From positions 38,579 to 102,578 of IMG/VR virus record IMGVR_UViG_3300008954_000020: DNA of 64,000 nucleotides; one strand, written 5' to 3'. This stretch comes from a virus. A model generated the notes under the pieces. It worked only from the letters and a program-made list of their open reading frames with translations, had not been told where the DNA came from and made no database searches. The position numbers and the translations under genes are program-made. Shown in pieces: positions 49,061-57,671 of the stretch; position 1 is the first letter of the stretch; each line of letters starts with the position of its first letter.

Positions 49061-49576
49061 CTATGTGGCAGGAAAATACCCTCTAGATTTCATTGTTGTT
49101 AGATACTCTTCGTTTGTCACTTTAACACCATCAATAAAAAAATCATTATCAATTTCTCGTATAAGTTCATCTCTATCAGATGACCAATTATTTTTAACTG
49201 TTATACTATGAATTTGCGTTGCAGTTCCTCCACTGTCAGGGACTAGCCCGTCATCTGCCACCGCATCTATTGAAAAATTAAATAGTTTCGTTCCGTGTTT
49301 TGCTGACCCATAACTTGCATAGTTTTGTTCATCGAATTTAAATCCTGCGGGTTTTGCAAATTCTGGAACAAACAAATCCATATCAAGAACTGTTCCAGAA
49401 AGAATTCCACCAGTTCCTAAACTAAGTCCCGATGGAAGAGTACTTCCATCAGTGAGAAAATAATCAGGAGTCCCAGCACCTTCACCAAATACAGCAATAC
49501 ATTGGTGATTAACAAATGTTATTAATTCGGTTGCGCCGCCTGGTATTGTTGTAGGTGAAGTCCAAGTACCTGCCAC
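49061..49576 (-). CDS. Hypothetical protein with putative Ig-like (He_PIG-type) motif
   Basis: GSTLPSGLSLGTGGILSGT motif. Confidence 0.6.
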   Translation of the reverse strand: MAGTWTSPTTIPGGATELITFVNHQCIAVFGEGAGTPDYFLTDGSTLPSGLSLGTGGILSGTVLDMDLFVPEFAKPAGFKFDEQNYASYGSAKHGTKLFNFSIDAVADDGLVPDSGGTATQIHSITVKNNWSSDRDELIREIDNDFFIDGVKVTNEEYLTTMKSRGYFPAT

Positions 49577-50193
49577 TATAATTCTCCACCATCTATTGCA
49601 ATATCATTGACATCAATTAGAGGTTCCCAAAAATCTGTTTCTGTTTCTGGAGATTTTCCTCTGTTCGAAGAACTACCCAACTGAAAACCACTTGCCGGTT
49701 TAGCAATAAAAACTTTTCCATCTTTCTTTACAATAGCATTTTCTGCATAAGATATTCCAGCCGACCAACTAGACCCAAAAGATAATCCTGAGCCCGTTTC
49801 TCCTTTATCTCCTACAACATCTCCAAGGTCAAAAGCAGTTCCATCATCGAATTCAATTCTTAAATTTTCTCCAGATAACCCAGCGGTTAAAACGCCTCTA
49901 CCTGTATCACCCTTTACATTTCCAAGAGTCGAAACAGTTCCATCAGTGTATGTAAAAGTTAAAACATCATTTACCAAAGCAGCCGTTGCAACACCTAAAC
50001 CTTGATTCGTTAGTCGTTCATCATCTTCAAGTGATTGGATATATGTTAACAGCGAAGCCTTATTGGCCCGAAGTTTTGCCAGATAGGTTTCATCTGTAAG
50101 AATAGAATCTGGCCCTGTAACTTTTAAATCATTGAGGACTCGAACAAGAGAGACACCAAGTGCTGTAAATTCATTGTATATTGTTTGACTCAT
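49576..50193 (-). CDS. Hypothetical structural protein with short collagen-like linkers and a CBM5/12-like C-terminus
   Basis: Two repeats ending KGDTG/KGETG; WSAGISYAENAIVKKDGKVFIA...FWE. Confidence 0.55.
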   Translation of the reverse strand: MSQTIYNEFTALGVSLVRVLNDLKVTGPDSILTDETYLAKLRANKASLLTYIQSLEDDERLTNQGLGVATAALVNDVLTFTYTDGTVSTLGNVKGDTGRGVLTAGLSGENLRIEFDDGTAFDLGDVVGDKGETGSGLSFGSSWSAGISYAENAIVKKDGKVFIAKPASGFQLGSSSNRGKSPETETDFWEPLIDVNDIAIDGGEL

Positions 50194-51266
50194 ATAGTTA
50201 CCTCAATTATTGAAGACCCGGCCCCGCCTGGTGGGTTAAGGTCAATCCTTGGTGCTTGGAGTGTCATATTACCTGTTGAATTTATAATCGAAGTTCCTTC
50301 TACATCGTGTCTGTAATTTCCCAAAGTTCTCATATTCAAATTTCCCTTTGTCACAATTGTTGTATTTTTATCAACTTGAATATCGGCATTTCCTCGGACA
50401 AGAATTGTATACCGAGATTCATTCTCGCCGGGTTCTATACTACCAATCAAAACATCTGTATCGCCGTGTACATGAGTTTGTTGATTTCCCTTGACAATAT
50501 TTTGATTGTCTTTGACTACTTTATCAACCTTCGAACCATCAGGATGATATTCTTGGAATGATCCAGTTCGGTGGTAAACATGAATGCGTTCGCTGTCGGG
50601 AGTATCATCTATTTCAATAGTGTGTCCCGATTCAGATTCGTGAACATGATTGTACGGATACTTAGCATTGAATGGTGGATATATTTCTCTCCATGTTTCA
50701 ACATCATCTGAAATGTCATCAGGAACAGGATGACCTAAGTGTGCTGATGCACCTTCGATGCGTGACTCTACAATAGTGCCTGTGGTTATTCCTCTTGCAA
50801 GTCTGTTGGTATCAGATTCCGCATCGGGATATATTACATTACCATCATCATCTTTTGAGGATTCACCTAAATATGTTGTAAGCGGATATGGGCCGTTTGG
50901 TCGTGTTCCTTTTGCAGAATTGGGATCATTAAAACCAACATTAGATGTGTTGGGTTCTTGTGGTATACCACCAAGTGTGCCAATGATAACGGGGTGTTGT
51001 GCCTCATCACCATCTCGGAAAAATCCTACAACCCAAGTTCCTTCAACAGGCCCAACGGGAGATTGTCCTACACCACTAACAGCAGCAGAAGTAATAGGTT
51101 GTACTGGGTGCGCCCATGGCAAATCTTTAGTTGCGACAGACACCTTATCGGCAGTGTGCCACCCATAACACCGAACACGACAACGGCCCAGTTGTAGAGG
51201 ATCATTTCTATCTTCAACAACACCGACCCACCAGACAAAATTATCTTTTCCTGCAAACTTTTCCAC
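50190..51266 (-). CDS. gp5: Baseplate central spike without lysozyme domain
   Basis: WWVGVVEDRNDPLQLGRCRVR, LPWA, GTWVVGFFRDG, YPYNHV...ESGH...EIDDTP...ERIH. Confidence 0.93.
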   Translation of the reverse strand: MEKFAGKDNFVWWVGVVEDRNDPLQLGRCRVRCYGWHTADKVSVATKDLPWAHPVQPITSAAVSGVGQSPVGPVEGTWVVGFFRDGDEAQHPVIIGTLGGIPQEPNTSNVGFNDPNSAKGTRPNGPYPLTTYLGESSKDDDGNVIYPDAESDTNRLARGITTGTIVESRIEGASAHLGHPVPDDISDDVETWREIYPPFNAKYPYNHVHESESGHTIEIDDTPDSERIHVYHRTGSFQEYHPDGSKVDKVVKDNQNIVKGNQQTHVHGDTDVLIGSIEPGENESRYTILVRGNADIQVDKNTTIVTKGNLNMRTLGNYRHDVEGTSIINSTGNMTLQAPRIDLNPPGGAGSSIIEVTI

Positions 51267-52546
51267 TAGTTAAACTCCTTAATATCTGGGATGGATTCGG
51301 GTAAGGAATCCCGAATCAATTCAAGAGTTGTAGTATACTTGCCCTGCTCGTTGATAATGATTTCATGTTTAAGATTAGCAATGAGATATTTGCCACTTAA
51401 ATATGGGTCTTTCCAATCTTTATCTTTTTTGGGTTCTAACGCAGGTATTTCGATATTTATAACTTGACCTGCTCGCAACATACTATTGCCTGGGACTTCA
51501 ATCATAATCTTGTTTGAACCATATTGATTCATAATCGATTGTCGTTGAAGTGTCCACCCCTCATATAAGTCTCCATCAAAAACATTGTCGTGTTTGAAAG
51601 CACTTTTGGGGGCATACATTCTTTTGTACGGGTATCCAGTGAAGTCTTCGTTTGCATCGGCAATGATTTTTTTTGTTTCTATATGAGTTTCGTCTTTAAA
51701 TCTATCAGAATAGTTATAAGTCGCATCTTCAATTTTCTTATGCGTGATATCGTGCGTTGATAATTGACTAGTAAACACACCACTTTCCATTTGCACCAAT
51801 CTGTCGAATGATTCACCAATTGATAAATTTTCAATTGAATAAAATCTCGCACCATCCTTTAGATTAGAACCGCCACCTTGGTAGTAAGTATATGTTGCAA
51901 ATGGTTCTTGCGTAACAAGGTCTGCTATGTTTGTAAAAAAGAATCCATCTGCTGTTTGGAAAAACAAGTAGGACGGAGCACTGGTGGGTGGTGCATTCAG
52001 ACATCTCTTAGATACCCAATCAATAACTTTCAGTGGCCGCCAATATGGAGAAATGAATTTTATATTATTGAATACAGGAGCACCCACGAAGAATTTTGCA
52101 TTCGCATCTCCCTTGTTGAGATAACGATTAAAAACAATGTCAACAATCTTTGCACCATTTTCATCAAATGATTCAACAACTCTAGACTTTTTGTTGTGGT
52201 AGGTAATGGGCGAATCTAGGAATATTGAATATACTGAAGTTGTATCATTTAGTGCCGAAAGTTTTGAGTTTTTATAAGATTGTAAAAGGACATCAACACC
52301 TTCTCCATCAAATCCAGCGGTTTCAAAATTAACCCGAACATGTTCGTCACCATTCAAACCAAAATGTCTTTTAAGATTTAACGATTCAATCAAACCAATT
52401 CTGCCCGACATTGTTTTTTCAAATATACTTTCATATATGACAAGGGATGCCGTAAATCTAGTGACATCTATAACAGCACCGCTTCTTGATTCTAGAATCA
52501 GTTCTTTTATATCATACTTGCCGGGTATTACTGGTGTACTACTCAT
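51266..52546 (-). CDS. Baseplate hub protein (gp27-like)
   Basis: IYESIF...SGRI, YLFFQT, VPGNSMLRAG, LSGKYLI; between gp53 and gp5. Confidence 0.7.
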   Translation of the reverse strand: MSSTPVIPGKYDIKELILESRSGAVIDVTRFTASLVIYESIFEKTMSGRIGLIESLNLKRHFGLNGDEHVRVNFETAGFDGEGVDVLLQSYKNSKLSALNDTTSVYSIFLDSPITYHNKKSRVVESFDENGAKIVDIVFNRYLNKGDANAKFFVGAPVFNNIKFISPYWRPLKVIDWVSKRCLNAPPTSAPSYLFFQTADGFFFTNIADLVTQEPFATYTYYQGGGSNLKDGARFYSIENLSIGESFDRLVQMESGVFTSQLSTHDITHKKIEDATYNYSDRFKDETHIETKKIIADANEDFTGYPYKRMYAPKSAFKHDNVFDGDLYEGWTLQRQSIMNQYGSNKIMIEVPGNSMLRAGQVINIEIPALEPKKDKDWKDPYLSGKYLIANLKHEIIINEQGKYTTTLELIRDSLPESIPDIKEFN

Positions 52547-53487
52547 GTATTAAAAACTTTTTTGAAATCTGACAGAATATCTTCAACAAACTCTGGTTTG
52601 ATTATTTTGATTTTTCTTTTTTCATCATTCTTGGCAACTTCATACAAGTCGTTGGTAATTACTTTTAGATTTTTTGTAATTGGTGGGGAAGATAGAGTAA
52701 ACGAAAGAGAAGTCTGCCCTTCGATATATGCATCTCTGTACCTTCTTGTTGCATCCTCTTCTGGAACATCGGCATTGTTTGATGTGGTTCTGTCTAAGTC
52801 CATAGGATTCACCATATTTTTTACAACCGTGGTTGTGCCGGGCAAAGTGTATGATTCTTCCCAGTGATGAATTGCTTGGCTAGACTTCGCAACAGTTTTT
52901 AAATTATAAGCAACCATCGGAATGCCTTGTGTGTTGTTGCTGATATACTTTGATGTTGGCCAATCGGGCATATCTGAAATGATTAACCTCATATATTGAG
53001 CATCCCATTTCAAAACAGTTGCCTTAACACCCGATTTAGTAATAGTAGTAATGGTTTCATCACCAGTATCGTCAATATCAACATCCACCCATTCTATCTC
53101 ATCTCCCACTTTAAATTGAGACATGTGAGGTTCTTTATATGGGCCTGCGGGCCAATCAGATTCGGCATTCCACAAGAATAAACTTGTGCCGGGATATTTC
53201 TTTTCTACCATTTGTTCTAGTGCGTGTTGGTCAATCGGCCAATCAATATATGGATCACGAATATTATTGGTCATCATAATTAACCAATGCAAATCTGATT
53301 TGCCATAAAATTTGTATGCTAAAACTTCGGGCCGTTCGTTGTCTTGTAATTCATAATTGTAATAGAAAGAACGATTGTCAACAACCGACCGCCTAATACG
53401 AAATCGTTTCATAATATTTGTTGCTAGGACATATTCTTCTGTTGCATTAATATCATAATCGATTAACGGGAAGTTATTAAAAAACAT
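52543..53487 (-). CDS. gp53: Baseplate wedge protein
   Basis: FFNNFP, ERPEVLAYKFYG...HWLIMMTNNI.DP...WP, NDEKRKIKI. Confidence 0.9.
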   Translation of the reverse strand: MFFNNFPLIDYDINATEEYVLATNIMKRFRIRRSVVDNRSFYYNYELQDNERPEVLAYKFYGKSDLHWLIMMTNNIRDPYIDWPIDQHALEQMVEKKYPGTSLFLWNAESDWPAGPYKEPHMSQFKVGDEIEWVDVDIDDTGDETITTITKSGVKATVLKWDAQYMRLIISDMPDWPTSKYISNNTQGIPMVAYNLKTVAKSSQAIHHWEESYTLPGTTTVVKNMVNPMDLDRTTSNNADVPEEDATRRYRDAYIEGQTSLSFTLSSPPITKNLKVITNDLYEVAKNDEKRKIKIIKPEFVEDILSDFKKVFNT

Positions 53488-54689
53488 CAGAATCCTCCTT
53501 CGACAACATCTTCTCGTACCAATGTTGACATTTCTGCGAATGTCATCTCTAGTGACATCGATGAAGGAACGGCACCATCAACAGTAAATCCAGTAATATC
53601 ATTAAACGATTCTTCTGTGTGACTTTGGGGCAGTTCGTTGGGTGTATAGTTAACCTTGATAGATTGTAATGCACATCTAGAGATTTTTGGAATCCATGTG
53701 TTCTCAGTTCCGCCTCTGAAATATTGGATGTCAAATTCAGCAGGAAAGTCAAGCATAACTCCACCCCCCGACCTAGACGGAAGTGCAGATGCACGGAAGA
53801 TTCTGATTATATCATGAACCATTTTTGCTTCATCTATATTACGAGGAACGAATTTGAAATTGAATGAATAAGTTCTTTGTGCCACAGACTGGAAAAGGAA
53901 TTCCATGTGGGGATTCGTTACTGACCTTCTCATTGCCTTGACAGCATTAGCAGCGTTTAAATTCACCCCGCCAACATTTGCAATTGCATCAACAGATTCA
54001 AGTCCAACTTTAATTCCAGCATTTTTGAGGGTTGCCAACATTGCACCTTCCATTGCATCTTTACCACCTTCTTTGCTTGTGAATTCCTCTTGACTATCAA
54101 AGACTCCTTTAATCTTGTTCACAAGTTCAGCGCCGGCCGCACCAAGACCCTGAAGCATACCAAAATCTTCCATGTTATATGATGCTTCTAGGCTCGACTC
54201 AATTCCGCCTGGCATATACAACGCAATACTATACATTGTTTTGTCTATACTGTTGGAGAATCTAGTTTTGGATGTAACGCTTTGTGTTTGGGTAGTATCT
54301 TGTTTTAATCTTGCCTGTTGTATGGGGTCTGACAATTGATTCTTGTAAAAGTTAGAAACACCTTGCATCTGGGTCATGCTGGGTAACTTGAAATTCATTA
54401 ACGAACTTAATGCACCAGCAGCGTTACTTGCGGTCTGTTTCATGGCATTTGAATCAAATGATCCAGTACTTTGTCTCTGGTTCGAGGATTCGGCCGATTT
54501 AAACGATTGGGGGTTTGCATCATATACAGTAAACAACAAAAAGTTTTGTTGGTCTTTTAATCCTAAATCAATAGGATATTGCAAACCTTTTCGGTTTGCT
54601 TGACTGTTTAAAGAATCACGAAGAGACTCAAACTTTGAAGCCGAGTTCTTAGATTTTTCAAATGGATTTCGGAAAATTTCGAAAGGCAT
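53487..54689 (-). CDS. gp48: Baseplate tail tube cap
   Basis: LQYPIDL, IALYMP, NPHMEFLFQ, RTYSFNFKFVPRN, LEMTFAE. Confidence 0.88.
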   Translation of the reverse strand: MPFEIFRNPFEKSKNSASKFESLRDSLNSQANRKGLQYPIDLGLKDQQNFLLFTVYDANPQSFKSAESSNQRQSTGSFDSNAMKQTASNAAGALSSLMNFKLPSMTQMQGVSNFYKNQLSDPIQQARLKQDTTQTQSVTSKTRFSNSIDKTMYSIALYMPGGIESSLEASYNMEDFGMLQGLGAAGAELVNKIKGVFDSQEEFTSKEGGKDAMEGAMLATLKNAGIKVGLESVDAIANVGGVNLNAANAVKAMRRSVTNPHMEFLFQSVAQRTYSFNFKFVPRNIDEAKMVHDIIRIFRASALPSRSGGGVMLDFPAEFDIQYFRGGTENTWIPKISRCALQSIKVNYTPNELPQSHTEESFNDITGFTVDGAVPSSMSLEMTFAEMSTLVREDVVEGGF

Positions 54690-54699
54690 GGTTACTCCT

Positions 54700-54707
54700 T
54701 ATAGATA
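54700..54707 (+). promoter_or_regulatory. Late promoter variant for gp4 (probably leaderless)
   Basis: TATAGATA 6 nt before ATG 54714. Confidence 0.5.
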
Positions 54708-54713
54708 TTGTAT

Positions 54714-55163
54714 ATGGCATACAGAGGCAGATATAAAGTGAAGGATACCTCAAAGTATATTGGTAATCCCACTAAGGTTATTTATAGAAGCCTGTGGGAA
54801 CGCCGATTTATGGTTTATTGTGATACAACCGAAAGTATACTTAGTTGGTCATCTGAAACCATAGTAGTACCATATATTTCTCCTGTTGACAATAAACCTC
54901 ATAAATATTTTGTAGACTTCATTATAAAGTATCTAGGCAAAAATGGAGAGGAAATTACCACTCTGATAGAAATAAAACCAAAGAAGCAATGTAAAGCGCC
55001 ACCCAATAGAAAAAAAATTACTCGATCTTATTTAAAAGAAATGAGAACTTGGGAAATCAATAAGGCAAAATGGAAAACTGCAAACGAATTTGCCCAAGAA
55101 AGAGGATGGAATTTTAAAATCTTAACCGAAAACGATATCCTATTAGGAAAGAATAAAAAATAA
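54714..55163 (+). CDS. gp4: Head completion nuclease
   Basis: KYIGNP, YRSLWE, WSSE, YFVDF, EIKP, NKAKW, LTE. Confidence 0.93.
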   Translation: MAYRGRYKVKDTSKYIGNPTKVIYRSLWERRFMVYCDTTESILSWSSETIVVPYISPVDNKPHKYFVDFIIKYLGKNGEEITTLIEIKPKKQCKAPPNRKKITRSYLKEMRTWEINKAKWKTANEFAQERGWNFKILTENDILLGKNKK

Positions 55164-55843
55164 TGCCATTTGATCCATTTGACAAAATTCTTTCCGATTT
55201 TCAATCAAGTAGATTTGATTATTTTACCCAACAATCTATCCGTTGGTGGAGAAATACCATACGAGATTTGTATGGTTCCGAGGGTTCGCCGAAACCGCCA
55301 TATAAAATGGCAGGCAGATGGATTCAAGCATATAGAGACAGATATGGCAAAGGAAGAACTGCACCCATTGGTGGAAAGATGTACACTTTTCGTTATAATC
55401 CAGAAACAAAAGAAACTCTTGATTATTGGGATGGGATGCCACTGATAATGGCACTCGAAAGAAAACCAAGAGGATTTTTGGGAATTAATCTACATTACCT
55501 ACCAAAGAAGCGAAGAGGAATTTTATTAAACCACCTAGCCAGTAGACTCAAGAATGCAACCGATGATGATATTGAACAAGATTTTGCTGGCGAGAAATTG
55601 CGGAACATTAAGTCCGCCTATAAAAAATATAAAACAATTAAATCTAAAAATGCTATATTCAAATGGGTATATCCATGTATACGAAGATATAATTTTTCAG
55701 GACTGTCATCTAGGATGATAGAAATACCTGTCACTGATTGGGAACTTGCAGCATATTTGCCATCAGATTATTTCTTTCAAGGCGAAAGTATGAAATCCAT
55801 ACACAGAGAGAGTATAAATAAAAAGAAGAAGAAATTTGGTTAA
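55163..55843 (+). CDS. gp2: DNA end protector protein
   Basis: GKMYTFRYNP, LDYWD..PL, GFLGINLHYLP. Confidence 0.9.
   Translation: MPFDPFDKILSDFQSSRFDYFTQQSIRWWRNTIRDLYGSEGSPKPPYKMAGRWIQAYRDRYGKGRTAPIGGKMYTFRYNPETKETLDYWDGMPLIMALERKPRGFLGINLHYLPKKRRGILLNHLASRLKNATDDDIEQDFAGEKLRNIKSAYKKYKTIKSKNAIFKWVYPCIRRYNFSGLSSRMIEIPVTDWELAAYLPSDYFFQGESMKSIHRESINKKKKKFG
55813..55820 (+). promoter_or_regulatory. Late promoter for gp54-26-51-29
   Basis: Canonical TATAAATA then AAGGAG RBS. Confidence 0.7.
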
Positions 55844-55852
55844 GGAGAATAC

Positions 55853-56743
55853 ATGTCAAACCCACTTTTAAATGCAGTTTCCGGCGCAACCGATTTTGTT
55901 AACAATATTCCTTTTGAAGATTTTCAATTAGGCGGTGATAACAAAGTCAGTATGACCAAAATGGCAGCAAACATTAAAAAGTTTGGTACTGTCCCCGACA
56001 ATGCATTTTCGTTAGAAATTTATGCAGCGCCCCTCAGCGGTGACCCCAATCCAAGAATATTTTATACTTGTGAGTCTTTTAGTTTCCCAGGCCGGAGATT
56101 TACTACCGAAGAATTAAATACAGGTGGTATCGCTCGTAAATTGCCATACAAACAAGAATATAGTGGAGAGTTTTCTGCTACATTTAGACTGGGCAAAGAT
56201 TTCTACGAAAGAAAACTATTCGAAGATTGGCAGTCACTTATTTATGATGAGGAAAATGATGTTTGGGGATATCCAGCAGATTATATGGCTACGATGGTTG
56301 TTCGGTGTTTTGATCAAAACAATCAAAACATCTACGGCGACCAGTTCTTTGAAGTGTTTCCCCTTGCCATTGAAGAAATTGCTGTAGACCAATCAAATAG
56401 TGGAATGCCCCTTAAACAAAGTATTACATTTGCGTATCGCAAATGGAACAAACTAAAAGATTCCGATTTGTTACAGGCCCCTGGCGGTCTTGGTGGATTT
56501 GGAATACCTCTGGTAAATCAGTTTATTGGAAAAGATTTATCAAACCTGATTACTGGAGGAATGAACCTTGCATCTGCCGTTAACACCAAGATGGGTGAAC
56601 TGGACAGAGCAGTACAGGATAATGTTGGATTCATGCGTAGGGCAGTAAATGGACAAGTGATTCAAGCCCCGTTTGAGAATGTTGGAAGAAACCTCAGTCA
56701 AACACTGAGTAAATATAGTGGAAGTAGTTTCCTTCCGTTTTAA
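55853..56743 (+). CDS. gp54: Baseplate tail tube initiator (gp19 paralogue)
   Basis: CESFSFPGR, FEDWQ..I, EVFP, FAYRKW; position between gp2 and gp26. Confidence 0.8.
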   Translation: MSNPLLNAVSGATDFVNNIPFEDFQLGGDNKVSMTKMAANIKKFGTVPDNAFSLEIYAAPLSGDPNPRIFYTCESFSFPGRRFTTEELNTGGIARKLPYKQEYSGEFSATFRLGKDFYERKLFEDWQSLIYDEENDVWGYPADYMATMVVRCFDQNNQNIYGDQFFEVFPLAIEEIAVDQSNSGMPLKQSITFAYRKWNKLKDSDLLQAPGGLGGFGIPLVNQFIGKDLSNLITGGMNLASAVNTKMGELDRAVQDNVGFMRRAVNGQVIQAPFENVGRNLSQTLSKYSGSSFLPF

Positions 56744-56759
56744 TTATTAGGAGATAATT

Positions 56760-57515
56760 ATGAGTTTACCTATTGTAAGAGCCCCGAAGTATGAGTTGAC
56801 TATACCATCAACCAAACAGAAGGTTAAATTTAGACCGTTCGTTGTTAAAGAAGAAAAAATTCTTCTTATGGCGGCCGAAAGTAAAAACCAAAAACAAATC
56901 GTAAATGCTTTGCGAGATGTCCTTGGTGCCTGTATAGACAGTGGAAAAGACAAACTGGATGTCATGGCTTTACCTACCTTTGACCTTCAGTACATCTTTT
57001 TGAAGTTGCGAGCAAAATCAGTTGGAGAACAAGTGGACTTAACAGTAATGTGTCCCAGTTGTGAAGCAGTAAATCCGGCCCAAGTTGACCTAACCGAAGT
57101 CGAAATTAACTATCCCGAAGGACATGTTACTGAACTTCAAATTACAGATGATGTTGGAATCACTATGAGATATCCAACATTCGAAATGTTGGAAAATAAT
57201 AAAAACATAGACACCGAAAATATAGATAATATAATTGAAATTTTGAGTATGTGTATCGAACAAATTTATGACAAAGAAAATGTTTACGGACGAAAAGATT
57301 ATACGGATAAAGATTTCCAAGAGTTTGTTTATTCGTTAACACAGAATGATTTAGTAAAGATGCAGGGATTTTTTGATACTATGCCAACTATGCAACACGA
57401 ACTTAATTTTACATGCGTCAAGTGTGAGGCAAAGGAACAGGTTATATTGCGGAGTTTGGATGATTTTTTTACATCGGACTCGCCCATGAGTCCCTCGCAA
57501 ACCTCTACAAATTAA
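56760..57515 (+). CDS. gp26: Baseplate hub assembly protein
   Basis: MSLP, YELTIPS, FRPFVVKEEKILLMA, FDLQYIFLKLRAKSVGE, CxxC pairs, FFDTMP. Confidence 0.93.
   Translation: MSLPIVRAPKYELTIPSTKQKVKFRPFVVKEEKILLMAAESKNQKQIVNALRDVLGACIDSGKDKLDVMALPTFDLQYIFLKLRAKSVGEQVDLTVMCPSCEAVNPAQVDLTEVEINYPEGHVTELQITDDVGITMRYPTFEMLENNKNIDTENIDNIIEILSMCIEQIYDKENVYGRKDYTDKDFQEFVYSLTQNDLVKMQGFFDTMPTMQHELNFTCVKCEAKEQVILRSLDDFFTSDSPMSPSQTSTN
57464..57493 (+). promoter_or_regulatory. Candidate -1 programmed ribosomal frameshift signal
   Basis: T-TTT-TTT heptamer (57464-57470) in the gp26 frame; GGACTC-gcccat-GAGTCC hairpin (57476-57493) 5 nt downstream. Confidence 0.65.
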
Positions 57516-57667
57516 ATTTTGAAATGATGCAACGATTCTATTATAGTTTAACAGAATTAGAAGAGATGATGCCGTGGGAGAGAGACATATATGTTAGTTT
57601 ATTGGAAACACATATTAAGGAAGAGAATGATAGGCAAAAGTCAGAGATGTCAAAGATGAAAAGGTAA
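57464..57667 (+). CDS. gp51: Baseplate hub assembly catalyst in the -1 frame of gp26; missing from ORF track
   Basis: FFYIGLAHESLANLYKLNFEMMQRFYYSLTELEEMMPWERDIYVSLL...KR*; first in-frame ATG only at 57524, with no RBS. Confidence 0.85.
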   Translation, partial: FFYIGLAHESLANLYKLNFEMMQRFYYSLTELEEMMPWERDIYVSLLETHIKEENDRQKSEMSKMKR

Positions 57668-57671
57668 TTAA

